Shown here: positions 26,942 through 36,538 of the stretch, in pieces
How the letters are laid out: each line of letters opens with the position of its first letter
Position numbering within the stretch: position 1 is the stretch's first letter
The notes under the pieces: generated by a model
Told to the model about the DNA's origin: nothing
The model's input: only the letters and a program-made list of their open reading frames with translations
Databases searched by the model: none
Position numbers and translations under genes: made by a program
NCBI GenBank assembly: GCA_964552405.1
Contig: CAZKID010000002.1
Span: 1-47,425 of the forward strand
DNA length: 47,425 nucleotides
DNA from: an uncultured Thermoanaerobaculia bacterium
Lineage (GTDB): Bacteria > Acidobacteriota > Thermoanaerobaculia > Gp7-AA8
Direction: 5' to 3'

Positions 26942-27913
26942 ATGAAAACCACAATGCGTCGTGTTTTTTCTATAGCAATATTCGTTGTTGCGCCGCTGGC
27001 GATGGCAGGGACGTCGGGCGGCGCGATGTCGCTCGTGCCACGTGACGCGGTCAGCGTCGGCGTCGTTCATCTCGCGGAGATGCGTACCAGCCCTCTGTCA
27101 TCGATGCTTTTCAAGCAGACGGACAGCGTCAGCGCACACGGCGACGCCGAGCGCTTCCTCAACGACGCCGGCCTGCAGCCGGCGAAAGACATCGACCTCC
27201 TCGTCGTCGCAGTGACTCCCGTGTCCGCGCTCGGCAGCGAAAGCAAGACGCTGGTCGCCGCCGAAGGACGTTTCGACGCCGGGCGGCTCAGGAAGGCGCT
27301 GACGTCTCGCGGCGCGATCGAGAAGAAGAGCGGAAATGGTTCGTACCTTCTTCTTCCGGAGGGCGACAAGGACGACAAAGACGGCAACCGCGGAGCCGTG
27401 GCATTCGCCGATTCGCATCTCGCCATCGCTGGTGACGAAGCATCCGTCGTCCAGGCGCTCGAGGATCGCGCCAACGGCGGCACCTCCTTCGCGACCGCCG
27501 GTGCTCTCGCGCATGAGCTCCGCCGCATTGATGCGCACGCGACGGCATGGGCGCTGGTCGATCTGACCCGAGCGCAGCGGCTCGCCAATGCGCCGCACAT
27601 CGGAAGCAGGAGCGCATCGGCACAGCAGATCAGCACCGCGCTCAATCACGTTTCGACCGTCGCGCTGTGGGCCATCGACGGCGGCGACGAACTCCGCGTC
27701 GGCGGCTTCGGCGTCGCGAACGATACGGAAACGCTGCAGCTGCTCGAAGACACACTGCGCGGTGGCCTCGCGGCGATGCGTCTCGCCGTGCAGGACAAGT
27801 CGCCGGATCTCGTGTCGGTACTGCGCCGTTTCGACGTGAAGCGGACGGATGACTCGGTGACGATCAGCGGCTCCGTGCCGGCGGAGTCGCTGAAAAAGTT
27901 GTCGGCGAAGTAG
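26942..27913 (+). CDS. secreted protein of unknown function, third gene of the ABC-2 operon
   Basis: ATG immediately follows the permease TAA. Signal peptide 'MKTTMRRVFSIAIFVVAPLAMAG'. No recognisable catalytic motif. Confidence 0.6.
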   Translation: MKTTMRRVFSIAIFVVAPLAMAGTSGGAMSLVPRDAVSVGVVHLAEMRTSPLSSMLFKQTDSVSAHGDAERFLNDAGLQPAKDIDLLVVAVTPVSALGSESKTLVAAEGRFDAGRLRKALTSRGAIEKKSGNGSYLLLPEGDKDDKDGNRGAVAFADSHLAIAGDEASVVQALEDRANGGTSFATAGALAHELRRIDAHATAWALVDLTRAQRLANAPHIGSRSASAQQISTALNHVSTVALWAIDGGDELRVGGFGVANDTETLQLLEDTLRGGLAAMRLAVQDKSPDLVSVLRRFDVKRTDDSVTISGSVPAESLKKLSAK

Positions 27914-27919
27914 ATTCAA

Positions 27920-28033
27920 TTGATCCCGACCGAGCGCAGCGAGTGGAGGGATCAACGGTCACACCGCGCGGACGTTGCCTGAAGAAAACGAACCTGCCGG
28001 TGGAGTCGCTGATCCCTCGCTAGCGCTCGGGAT
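27920..28033. repeat. pair of REP-like palindromes, family B (GATCCC..GAGCG..GGGATC), in inverted orientation within a convergent intergenic region
   Basis: 27920-27955 'ttgatcccgaccgagcgcagcgagtggagggatcaa' has an 8-bp perfect stem. 28011-28033 'gatccctcgctagcgctcgggat' is close to its reverse complement. Confidence 0.5.
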
Positions 28034-28041
28034 AAACTGCC

Positions 28042-28749
28042 TCAAACAAACCGGCGCAAATGCTCACGCCACCATGGCCAGTCGTGTCCGAACACGCCTG
28101 GCCATATTTCCAGGTAGTTCGGAACCCCTTTGCTCCAGAGCAACTGGCTGAAGTCGTGGCTCTTCTGCACGATCGAGTCGTACTGCCCGGTTGCGATCAC
28201 CCAGTTCACGCGCGACAGCTTGCCCGCCCACTCGCCGTTCATGTTCGGGATGTACGCGACGGGACAGTTGAAGTAGCAGTTGTCATCCCACCACCCATCG
28301 ACCTGCGGCGCGATGTCGAAGATTCCCGAGAAGAGAATCGCGCGGCTCACGACGTCCGGATAGCGCGCGGCGAAGTTGGCAGCGTGATAGCCGCCGAAGC
28401 TTGCACCGTACACCGCGAGATCGCCGCGTTGCGCACGATTGAAAATGTACGGCACCAGCTCGTTGCGGAGATACGAGTCGTAGTGCGCGTGGCGCACGGC
28501 GCGCAGCGCGGGATGAATGTGCTTGTTGTACCAACTCTCGTTGTTGACGGTATCGACCAGCACGAGCTGAATCTCGCCGCGATCGACCTTGTCCGCGAGC
28601 GAATCCGCGAGATAGAAGTCTTCATTCTCGAAGAAACGGCCCGCGGATGTGGGAAAGAGAATCACCGGCCGGCCGAACTTTCCGAACCAGAGAAACTCCA
28701 TGTCCCGGTTCAGGGACGGAGAGAACCAGCGGACATATTCTCTGTACAC
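28042..28749 (-). CDS. esterase-family alpha/beta hydrolase (putative esterase, PF00756-like)
   Basis: 235 aa, GTG start. Nucleophile elbow 'GASFGG'. The overall 'FPTSAGRFFE...DSYL..ELVPYI' pattern matches esterase D/enterochelin-esterase-type proteins. Confidence 0.7.
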   Translation of the reverse strand: MYREYVRWFSPSLNRDMEFLWFGKFGRPVILFPTSAGRFFENEDFYLADSLADKVDRGEIQLVLVDTVNNESWYNKHIHPALRAVRHAHYDSYLRNELVPYIFNRAQRGDLAVYGASFGGYHAANFAARYPDVVSRAILFSGIFDIAPQVDGWWDDNCYFNCPVAYIPNMNGEWAGKLSRVNWVIATGQYDSIVQKSHDFSQLLWSKGVPNYLEIWPGVFGHDWPWWREHLRRFV

Positions 28750-28815
28750 GAGCCGCGCTCCATTGTGCCCAAGGGGCTCGATTCTATACGATCCCTTTCA
28801 CGGAGAACCCAACGT

Positions 28816-29784
28816 ATGCGCAAGAAGAAAGTCGGCATTCTGTTCGGCATGGAAGACACCTTCCCCTGGGCCCTCATCAATGCCATCAACAGCAAGGGCG
28901 GCAAGGATGTGGAGGCTGCTCCCGTCGAAATCTCGTTCCTCAAAGACGACGGTGTTTTTCCTTACGATCTGATCCTCGATCGCATCAGTCACGAGGTGCC
29001 GTTCTATCGCACCTACCTGAAATGCGCCGCGGCATCGGGCGTTCGCATCGTCAACAATCCGATCTGGTGGTCGGCCGATGACAAATTTTTCGACAATCTC
29101 GTCGCGAAGGCCGTCAACGTCGCGGTACCGCGCACGGTTCTCCTTCCGCACAAGCAGTACCCGCCCAACACCGAAGCGAAGTCGTTCCGCAACATGCGCT
29201 TCGTCAACTGGGACGACGTGTTCAACTACCTCGGCTGGCCAGTCTTCATGAAGCCTGCCTATGGCGGCGGCTGGAAGGATGTCTACAAGGTCGACGATCC
29301 GCAGGAGTTTTTCGCCGCGTACGATCAAACGCGCGATCTCGCGATGATGGCGCAGGAAGCCATCGAGTTCGAGTCCTACTACCGCTGCTACGTCCTCGGC
29401 CGCAAGCGCGTGAAAATCATGATGTACGACCCGAAACAGCCGCACCATCTCCGCTACGTCGCCGACTACAAGACTCCGCCCGAGCTCGAGAAGCGAATCC
29501 TTCGCGATGCGCTCGCGCTGTGCGACGCCCTTGGTTATGACATGAACACCGTGGAATTCGCGGTGCGCGACGGCATCCCCTACGCGATCGACTTCATGAA
29601 CTGCGCGCCGGATGCCGATCGCAATTCCGTCGGCGAAGAGAACTTCGAGTGGATGGTCTCCAACATGGCCGAGGTGTTGATCGAGCTCGTGACGGGGGAG
29701 AAAAAACTCGAGCTCACCGGCTCCTGGCCGAACAAGATGGATACGACGAAGGACGCAACTTTGCCGATCGTCAGCAGGACTTAG
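28816..29784 (+). CDS. ATP-grasp domain ligase (RimK / glutathione-synthetase-like)
   Basis: Real start at 'MRKKKVGILFGMED' (ATG 28816). The upstream 252 codons of track ORF 28060..29784 are antisense to the esterase. 'WPVFMKPAYGGGWKDVYKV' and 'NTVEFAVRDGIPYAIDFMN' are ATP-grasp core motifs. Confidence 0.75.
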   Translation: MRKKKVGILFGMEDTFPWALINAINSKGGKDVEAAPVEISFLKDDGVFPYDLILDRISHEVPFYRTYLKCAAASGVRIVNNPIWWSADDKFFDNLVAKAVNVAVPRTVLLPHKQYPPNTEAKSFRNMRFVNWDDVFNYLGWPVFMKPAYGGGWKDVYKVDDPQEFFAAYDQTRDLAMMAQEAIEFESYYRCYVLGRKRVKIMMYDPKQPHHLRYVADYKTPPELEKRILRDALALCDALGYDMNTVEFAVRDGIPYAIDFMNCAPDADRNSVGEENFEWMVSNMAEVLIELVTGEKKLELTGSWPNKMDTTKDATLPIVSRT

Positions 29785-30908
29785 TGCGCCGTATCGGATT
29801 ATCGGCACCGGACATCACCGCGGAGGAGCGACGGCTCGTCGATGAGGTTCTCCGCTCGGGCCAGCTCTCATTCGGCCCGATGATGGAGACGTTCGAACGT
29901 GATTTTGCCGCGCGCTTCGGCGCGCGGCACGCGGTCGCGATGTCGAGCGGAACGGCAGCGCTGCACGTCGCGATGATCGCTGCAGGAGTGAGCCAGAACG
30001 ACTACGTCATCACGACGCCGTTCTCGTTCATCGCTTCCGCGAACTCGATTCTGTTCGATGGGGGGATTCCTCATTTTGTCGATATCGATCCTCAGACCCT
30101 GACGATCGACGTAGACGCCACGATCGACGCCATCGAGTCGCTTGCGCCGACGGGACGACTGCGAGCAGTCCTTCCGGTCCATGTCTTCGGACGTCCTGTC
30201 GAGATGGCGGGCATCGTCGACACTGCTCGCCGCCACGGTGTGGCCGTGATCGAAGACGCTTGCGAGGCAATCGGCGCCGTCAACGACGGTGTCTACGCCG
30301 GGCGTTTCGGCGACGCCTCTGCGTTCGGCTTCTATCCGAACAAACAGATGACCACCGGTGAGGGCGGCGTGCTGATGACAGATCGCGACGACTTCGCGAA
30401 GCTCGCGCGAAGCGTTCGCAATCAGGGGCGAAACGGTCTCGAGTTCGACAAACTCGGTTTCAACTATCGGATGGACTCTCTCAGCGCAGCGCTCGGCGTT
30501 GCGCAACTGCGCAGACTCGACGAGCTGCTCGCGAAACGCGAAGCCGTCGCGGCCCGCTACGACTCGTTGCTGGCGGCAGTCGAAGGGGTCACTCCGCTCG
30601 CCAGACCGCGTGCCGGAATGAAGATCAGCCACTTCGTCTATGTGGTGCGCCTCGGCCGCGACATCGATCGCGATCGTCTGATGCTTGCGCTCGAGGAGCG
30701 AGGAATCGAGAGCCGCGTCTACTTTCCTGCGATCCACCTGCAGCCGTTCTATCGCGAACGTTTTGGATTTGGTGAAGGGATGTTTCCGCACACAGAAGCG
30801 GCGGCCGCATCGCTCCTCGCGCTGCCGTTCCATGGGAACCTGCTGCCCGCGGAGGTCGAGCTCGTCTGCGCAACGCTCGCCGACGAAATTGTCCACGTCG
30901 CAGCGTAA
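29784..30908 (+). CDS. DegT/DnrJ/EryC1/StrS-family PLP-dependent sugar aminotransferase
   Basis: GTG 29784 overlaps the ATP-grasp TAG by 1 nt. 'LSAPDITAEERRLVDEVLRSGQLSFGPMMETFERDFA', 'FYPNKQMTTGEGG' (PLP Lys) and 'GFNYRMDSLSAALG'. Confidence 0.85.
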   Translation: MRRIGLSAPDITAEERRLVDEVLRSGQLSFGPMMETFERDFAARFGARHAVAMSSGTAALHVAMIAAGVSQNDYVITTPFSFIASANSILFDGGIPHFVDIDPQTLTIDVDATIDAIESLAPTGRLRAVLPVHVFGRPVEMAGIVDTARRHGVAVIEDACEAIGAVNDGVYAGRFGDASAFGFYPNKQMTTGEGGVLMTDRDDFAKLARSVRNQGRNGLEFDKLGFNYRMDSLSAALGVAQLRRLDELLAKREAVAARYDSLLAAVEGVTPLARPRAGMKISHFVYVVRLGRDIDRDRLMLALEERGIESRVYFPAIHLQPFYRERFGFGEGMFPHTEAAAASLLALPFHGNLLPAEVELVCATLADEIVHVAA

Positions 30909-31670
30909 TCACATTCTGTCGCCGTTCTGCATCGCCCAATGGCTGACATCCGTGCTTGGGAATGTCGACAGAAAGCCGTCCGTCCATTCACACTCGGGGA
31001 CGGGCCGCTCGAGCGCGTACCAGAAGAGGCGCCGTCCTCGTTGCGCCTGCGGCAAAGCGAGCACGTCGGAGATCAAGTGAATCCGATCGAATTCCGATGT
31101 TCGCTCGATGATCGCAGCCCACTCTCCCCGGCGGCCAACGCATTCGATCTGCGCATGGGGGCGTTCCAGAAATTGTGCGCGCCACTCGGACTCGCCGTAG
31201 CGAAAGGCCGTGCGAAACATCGACGGATCAGGATCGAGCACGTCGAGCTCGTTGTGATCGGTCGTCAGTGAACGGCAGTAATAGCTCGCGTGGACGACAG
31301 CACCTGCTTCTTCGACGCGCCAGCGGCTCGCGTTGTCCATCCGTCCGAGACCGAGCACGATCGCGTTGCGCTGGCGCGCGATCTCGTGCGTAGCGAGAAT
31401 CAATCGCAGAAACGCCTTCTGGCCGCGAGCTTCCGGCAGGGTCCACGCACCCGTGATGATCGCGACTTCGCCTCCATCATGCAGCGTTCGGTAATTGATG
31501 CCGGAAGCTGCAACCGGCCGTCCTCGCGCATCATCGAGAAAGAGAATCTCTCCACCGCGAAACGCCCAGGCGAACGTTGACTCATCGCCCCACTCACCGA
31601 ACATCGCGTTTGCTCCGGCGAGGTATTCGTGCGGGTCGCAGTCGGCGGCGCGGACATGGCGAAGATTCAT
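30909..31670 (-). CDS. GNAT-like N-acetyltransferase
   Basis: 253 aa. 'VAIITGAWTLPEARGQKAFLRLI' resembles GNAT motif A. Its ATG overlaps the upstream stop as ATGA. Confidence 0.55.
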   Translation of the reverse strand: MNLRHVRAADCDPHEYLAGANAMFGEWGDESTFAWAFRGGEILFLDDARGRPVAASGINYRTLHDGGEVAIITGAWTLPEARGQKAFLRLILATHEIARQRNAIVLGLGRMDNASRWRVEEAGAVVHASYYCRSLTTDHNELDVLDPDPSMFRTAFRYGESEWRAQFLERPHAQIECVGRRGEWAAIIERTSEFDRIHLISDVLALPQAQRGRRLFWYALERPVPECEWTDGFLSTFPSTDVSHWAMQNGDRM

Positions 31671-32509
31671 GCCGCGATCTCGCCCATCGACGTCCAGGTC
31701 AACTCATCATCGAAACGCTCCTCGAGCATCGTGAAGAGGCGATGGAGCTGCTCGCGATATGCGATCGTCAATCCATCGAGCGCGCGATACGAGCCCGAAG
31801 TCTCGAGCAGATGCGCCTTGATCGACAGCAGACCACCGCAATCGAGAATGGCGAGAGCGCGGTCGAGCGCCGACGTTGCCTGAAAGTTCGTCGGAATGTG
31901 CAGCAACCCCGGCTCGATCCGCTGTGGATGAACGAGAGAAATGCCGCGGAGCCCACTGCCGTTCGCCACCGCCTTTGTGCTGATCGCCGTATCGAGGTCG
32001 CGCGCGGAAGCGACAAAGCGAAACCCCTCGGCTTTCATCGCTTCGAGAAGCGGCGGCGGCGCCGACCAACCCGGCGGTGACATCCCGGGCGCACAGGGCA
32101 ACTTCGCCTCTCGAAAAATCGCGGCAGCCTGGCGCAGGATCGCGCGGCATTCATCCGTGCTTCTGCGCTCGAACTCGAGAACCGGAGTCATCCCACTCCG
32201 CACGTGTTGAAATCCATGCAGTGCGAGCTCTCCACGATCCCAGTCGCGGAGCAGAGAACAGAATTCCTGATGACGATCAAGCTGAAACGTGCCGCTCGGA
32301 TACGTCTCCACCGTGAATTGGTCATCCGACACGAATGGCTTCGTCGGATACGGATCGAGCGTGCGCCAATCTGGCGTCGTGAAGAACGTAACGCGTAGAT
32401 GCGGATGCCGCTCCTGCAGCCAGCGCACATGCGCGAGATTTTCCGCGGCAACAGGAGCCGGATGCACATCATCGACCGAGAAGCAAACCGCAGGACCATT
32501 CCAGCTCAT
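31667..32509 (-). CDS. DUF2334 / polysaccharide-deacetylase-like protein
   Basis: 280 aa. 'CFSVDDVHP', 'RVTFFTTPDW' and 'LALHGFQH' are typical of the DUF2334 divergent CE4-like family. ATGA overlap with the upstream ATPase gene. Confidence 0.6.
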   Translation of the reverse strand: MSWNGPAVCFSVDDVHPAPVAAENLAHVRWLQERHPHLRVTFFTTPDWRTLDPYPTKPFVSDDQFTVETYPSGTFQLDRHQEFCSLLRDWDRGELALHGFQHVRSGMTPVLEFERRSTDECRAILRQAAAIFREAKLPCAPGMSPPGWSAPPPLLEAMKAEGFRFVASARDLDTAISTKAVANGSGLRGISLVHPQRIEPGLLHIPTNFQATSALDRALAILDCGGLLSIKAHLLETSGSYRALDGLTIAYREQLHRLFTMLEERFDDELTWTSMGEIAA

Positions 32510-33246
32510 ATGGGTTGTTGTGCGGCGAGATACCGCGCCACGACCTCCGCAGGATTTCCGAGCGCGCGGATCTTTCCCTGATCGAGCCAGAGGATTCGAT
32601 CGCAGCTCTCGCGCAGGCGCGCGACGTCATGCGACACGATCACGAATGTCACCCCGTTCGCGCGGTGCTCGGCCATGCGTGCCGCGCACTTGCGTTGGAA
32701 CTCCGCGTCGCCAACCGCCAGCGCCTCGTCGATCAACAGGATGTCTGCGTCGACGCTTGCGGCAACGGCGAATGCCAGGCGCACGATCATGCCCGCGGAG
32801 TATGTTCGAAGCGGCGCATCGAAGAACTGACCGATCTCGGCGAACGCCGCGATCGAATCGATCCGCTCGCGCATCTGCGCGCGGCTCATCCCGAGGAACG
32901 CGCCGCGCAGGTAGACGTTCTCCCGCCCGGTGAGCTCCGGATGAAATCCGCCGAGGAGATCGATGATCGTCGAGATGCTGCCGCGAATTCGCAGTCTGCC
33001 CGATCGCGGCTGAAGCACGCGCGCCATCACATTCAACAACGTCGTCTTGCCCGCACCGTTGCGTCCGATGATGCCGAGCATCTCCCCCTGATTGACGGTG
33101 AGCGTCACGGCGTCGAGCGCGACGTGCTCGATCGAACGCCGCTTCCGCGCGCGGACAATCGATTCCTTCAAGGTCATGCTCGAGTCGAGCGCGACGCGGT
33201 AACGGACCGAAACACCGTCGAGATCAAGCGCGATAGGCGATGTCAT
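32506..33246 (-). CDS. polysaccharide/O-antigen ABC exporter ATP-binding protein (Wzt/TagH/KpsT-like)
   Basis: Start at 'MTSPIALDLDGVSVRY' (ATG 33244-33246). Walker A 'GRNGAGKTT', signature 'YSAGMIVRL', Walker B 'ILLIDEALAVGD'. Confidence 0.85.
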   Translation of the reverse strand: MTSPIALDLDGVSVRYRVALDSSMTLKESIVRARKRRSIEHVALDAVTLTVNQGEMLGIIGRNGAGKTTLLNVMARVLQPRSGRLRIRGSISTIIDLLGGFHPELTGRENVYLRGAFLGMSRAQMRERIDSIAAFAEIGQFFDAPLRTYSAGMIVRLAFAVAASVDADILLIDEALAVGDAEFQRKCAARMAEHRANGVTFVIVSHDVARLRESCDRILWLDQGKIRALGNPAEVVARYLAAQQPI

Positions 33247-34033
33247 CTGCGAAATGGGTGAATAGCAGCCAGCCAGCGGAGAGTGCAAGCAGTGCCGCGG
33301 CGAGCATGTACGCAAACGTGCTCGCAGCCGGCATTGCATTCGAATAAAGCGGGGCGCGAAACGACTCGATGAAGAGAGTCATCGGGTTGACTCGCAGCCA
33401 CGGCGCGAGCCACGGCGGAACAATCGCTGCCGGGTAGATCACCGGCGCACTGAACATCAATGGCGGAAGCAGCATGCTCCAGGCCGGCATCACATCGGGA
33501 AAGTAGAGGGCAGCGGTCGCGAGGATGAGTGACACGCCGAGCACAAAGAGCGCCGCAAGCCCGATCGTCACAGGAAGCGTGACTAACGCAAGACCCAGCG
33601 GCCGGCGCAGAACCGCGAGAATCACGATGAGTGGCACCAGCGCGAGCAATAGATTGACGATCCCGGTGACCAGCGTCGAGATTGCGAGCGCGGTCTTCGG
33701 GAAGCGGATGCGCTTCCACGCATCGGCCGCCGCCATCTCCTCGCCGGAGATCGTCGTGCTCTGCGCAAAGAAGTTCCATAACAGCAGTCCCGGAAACACA
33801 TACGCGGGATAGGCCGGCGTGGACGACGAGAACGCTCGTGTGAAGACGAGTGACAGCGCGACGAGCATCAGCGCCGGGCTGACCATCGTCCAGAGAAATC
33901 CGAACGCACTCCGTTTATAGCGAACCTTGATGTTGCGCGAGACGAGCGCACGCACCAGTGAGCCGTGAGCGCGCAGCTCGATCAGCTCTTCGAGGGCGCG
34001 CGGCGCGCGTGTGGCAGAGTCGTATTCGATCAT
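33224..34033 (-). CDS. polysaccharide ABC-2 exporter permease (Wzm/TagG-like)
   Basis: 269 aa, six TM helices. The N-terminal 'LIELRAHGSLVRALVSRNIKVRYKRSAFGFLW' is the typical ABC-2 Wzm motif. ATGA overlap with the upstream GT gene. Confidence 0.8.
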   Translation of the reverse strand: MIEYDSATRAPRALEELIELRAHGSLVRALVSRNIKVRYKRSAFGFLWTMVSPALMLVALSLVFTRAFSSSTPAYPAYVFPGLLLWNFFAQSTTISGEEMAAADAWKRIRFPKTALAISTLVTGIVNLLLALVPLIVILAVLRRPLGLALVTLPVTIGLAALFVLGVSLILATAALYFPDVMPAWSMLLPPLMFSAPVIYPAAIVPPWLAPWLRVNPMTLFIESFRAPLYSNAMPAASTFAYMLAAALLALSAGWLLFTHFADDIAYRA

Positions 34034-36492
34034 GCGGGTGCGGGGACCAGCCGGCGGTACAGCATCGCGACATCATCCGCCATTCGAGTCGAGGTGAACC
34101 GCTCGAGCATCAGTTTGCGGCCGGCCCGCGCGAACTTCGCTGCCTGCGCCTGATTCTCCAACAGCTCGATGATGGCCGACGCGAGTGCCGCGGGATCTGC
34201 CGGCGGAACGAGCAGACCGGTCTCGCGATCACGCACGGACTCGGGCATTCCACCGACTCGCGTGGCGACGACAGGCCGTTCCATCAGCAGCGCCTCGATC
34301 GTTCCGCCGAGGTTCTCTGTCAACGAGCACTGAACCGCGACATCCGACGCTGCGAGCAGCGACGGCACATCGCTCACGTGTCCGGGGAACACGATGCGCG
34401 CGCTCGCAAATCGCGCGATCAGGTCATGGCGATATTTCTCACCCGACTCGATCAGACCTGAGCCTGCGAGAACGAACCACGCCTCGGGAAAACGCTGCTG
34501 CACGATTCGCGCGGCAGCCAGAAAATCTTCCTGTCCCTTCAATCCGCGCCCCGCTGTGTGCGGAGCCGTCTGCGTTCCGAACGTCGGTGGATAGAAATGT
34601 GCGACGAGCGTGATCAAACGATCACCGGGGCCGATGCCAAGCGCCTGTCGCGCTCCAACGGGATCGGCGCGCGACGGATCGAACCGTTCCGGATCGACTC
34701 CGTAATAGATACACGTCGTACGCGCGCCGCTCGCACCGAGCGCCTCGTAGAGATCGAGTGTGTACTGGCAGCCCGCAACCGTCACGTCGTCCATCCACCA
34801 TGTGTATCGGTCAATTGCGCGCGTGAGCGGCGCTTCGAGATGCCGAGGTCCAGCGACGCCGGCAACATGTCTCGCGCCTGCCAGTTTTGCCGCCACGCGC
34901 GCGACAGCCACTGTCGCGAACACATGCGAGTGGACGATGTCGATTCCCTCGGAGCGCAGGATGCGCACGAGCCTCAACCCCGCAACCGGCATCTTCATCG
35001 CGTAGACGGGCAGACGCGTGCGGTCGAGTCGTGTCGCAAACGTCAGCGCAACTCGATAGAAGGGAATGCCTGCGGCTTCGAGACGCGGACCGAGATCGCC
35101 GCGTCGTTTGTCGATCACGGCGATGACGTCATACCCTCGCTCGATCAGATCACGACAGAGCGCGACGAACCATTCGGCGTCTTCCCAAATGCCCGCGACT
35201 TGTGCGACTCGAACGCGGCGATGTCGTTTCGTCGCGCGTTTCACCTCGGCGAGGATCGGCAGCAGCTTCGCCGGCATTGCGGCTGCTCGTGCGAGGGTCG
35301 TCCCGATTCGATAATGCGTTTCCGCGCGGGCATTCTCACGCGCGAACATCGCGTCGAGTTTGTCCGCGGCTCTGCGTGTCGTGAAGAGCTCGAGCATCCG
35401 CGCGCGGCCATTTTCCGCGAGCCGTCGTGCGAGCTCACGATCCCCCAACAAACGGATGATGGCCTCCGCGAAAGCCGCCTGCTCCTCCCGCGGGTCCACC
35501 AGCCCCTTCCCCCCATTAGTGACCCTCTCCCACATACCGGGGATGTCGGAGACGACCATCGGCTTTGCCATCAGCAACGATTCGATGGTTCCGCCGAGGT
35601 TGTCGCTCAGCGAGGGATGGACGGAGATGTCGAACGAAGCGAGGACATCGGCGACATCCTTTCGCTCTCCTGCGAAGAGCACGGCGTCGCCTAACGGCTT
35701 CGCGCGGGCCATCACTTTCTGCATATACCGCTGCCCTTCCGGTCCCCATCCGCCCCCAACCAGCGCGAAGCGTGCAGCCGGATACTCCCTCAGCACGAGC
35801 GGCACCGCATCGAGCAGGACTTCGTGTCCCTTCATTCCGCGCCCCGCGAATTCGTGACCGTAAACACCACTCGATCGCGAGGGCGCATAGAAATACGCGA
35901 CGATTCCTATGAGCGGCGTGTGGTCTGCGATACCGAGCTCGCGACGAACGCGCGCGCGGTCTGCGTTCGCGGGATCGAATCGCTCTTCGTCCGGCCCGTA
36001 GTAGACGAGGTCGCACTGTGACCTCGGAATACCGTGCCGGTCGAACAGCTCGAGCGTGTACGAGCACGAAGCGATCGTGCGCGTGTCGAACTCCGCCGTC
36101 CCGACTTCGACTGGCCGTAGCAGATCGCTTTCCATCGTTAGAGGACCGGCGTTGGCTCCGAAACGGATCGGGACGTCTGCGATCCATCCTGCGATTCGCG
36201 CCGTGGCGACCGAACCGATGAGATGACTGTGCAGGACATCCGGCTTGAGACGGCGGAGCAGCCGCACGAGACTTGCGATTACGCGCACACGTGCGATCGT
36301 GCCCGGCGCGGAGAGCACATCGCATTGCGCGAGGTAATAGCGAATGCCTTGTCGCTCGAGCGCGGGCGCGATCGTGCCGCTGGCGGATGGGATGATCACC
36401 GCGACCTCGTGGCCTCGGCGCCGCTGTTCGCGCGCCATGTCGATCATCCACGGCGCACCGTTCGCGGTCGCCGTCAAGTGAATGATGCGCAT
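34030..36492 (-). CDS. fused double GT4 (GT-B, family-1-type) glycosyltransferase
   Basis: Two complete GT4 modules, each ending in an 'E..G....EA...G.PVV..' motif ('SDNLGGTIESLLMAKPMVVSD' and 'TENLGGTIEALLMERPVVATRVGG'). Start chosen at 'MRIIHLTATANG' (ATG 36490-36492). ATG 36504 or 36558 are also possible. Confidence 0.8.
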   Translation of the reverse strand: MRIIHLTATANGAPWMIDMAREQRRRGHEVAVIIPSASGTIAPALERQGIRYYLAQCDVLSAPGTIARVRVIASLVRLLRRLKPDVLHSHLIGSVATARIAGWIADVPIRFGANAGPLTMESDLLRPVEVGTAEFDTRTIASCSYTLELFDRHGIPRSQCDLVYYGPDEERFDPANADRARVRRELGIADHTPLIGIVAYFYAPSRSSGVYGHEFAGRGMKGHEVLLDAVPLVLREYPAARFALVGGGWGPEGQRYMQKVMARAKPLGDAVLFAGERKDVADVLASFDISVHPSLSDNLGGTIESLLMAKPMVVSDIPGMWERVTNGGKGLVDPREEQAAFAEAIIRLLGDRELARRLAENGRARMLELFTTRRAADKLDAMFARENARAETHYRIGTTLARAAAMPAKLLPILAEVKRATKRHRRVRVAQVAGIWEDAEWFVALCRDLIERGYDVIAVIDKRRGDLGPRLEAAGIPFYRVALTFATRLDRTRLPVYAMKMPVAGLRLVRILRSEGIDIVHSHVFATVAVARVAAKLAGARHVAGVAGPRHLEAPLTRAIDRYTWWMDDVTVAGCQYTLDLYEALGASGARTTCIYYGVDPERFDPSRADPVGARQALGIGPGDRLITLVAHFYPPTFGTQTAPHTAGRGLKGQEDFLAAARIVQQRFPEAWFVLAGSGLIESGEKYRHDLIARFASARIVFPGHVSDVPSLLAASDVAVQCSLTENLGGTIEALLMERPVVATRVGGMPESVRDRETGLLVPPADPAALASAIIELLENQAQAAKFARAGRKLMLERFTSTRMADDVAMLYRRLVPAPA

Positions 36493-36538
36493 CGGTCGGG
36501 GCATGAGGTCCGTCAGCTTACGGTATATCCTTAGCTTC

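Noticed and set aside
26150-27000. Locally AT-richer patches at the 5' ends of the ABC-2 permease gene and the secreted-protein gene.
   Set aside because: These are explained by Phe/Ile/Val-rich TM and signal-peptide coding. There are no flanking repeats or mobility genes to suggest horizontal acquisition.
28060-28815. N-terminal 252 codons of track ORF 28060..29784(+).
   Set aside because: This part is antisense to the esterase gene and has no motif content. The ATP-grasp homology begins at ATG 28816 ('MRKKKVGILFG').
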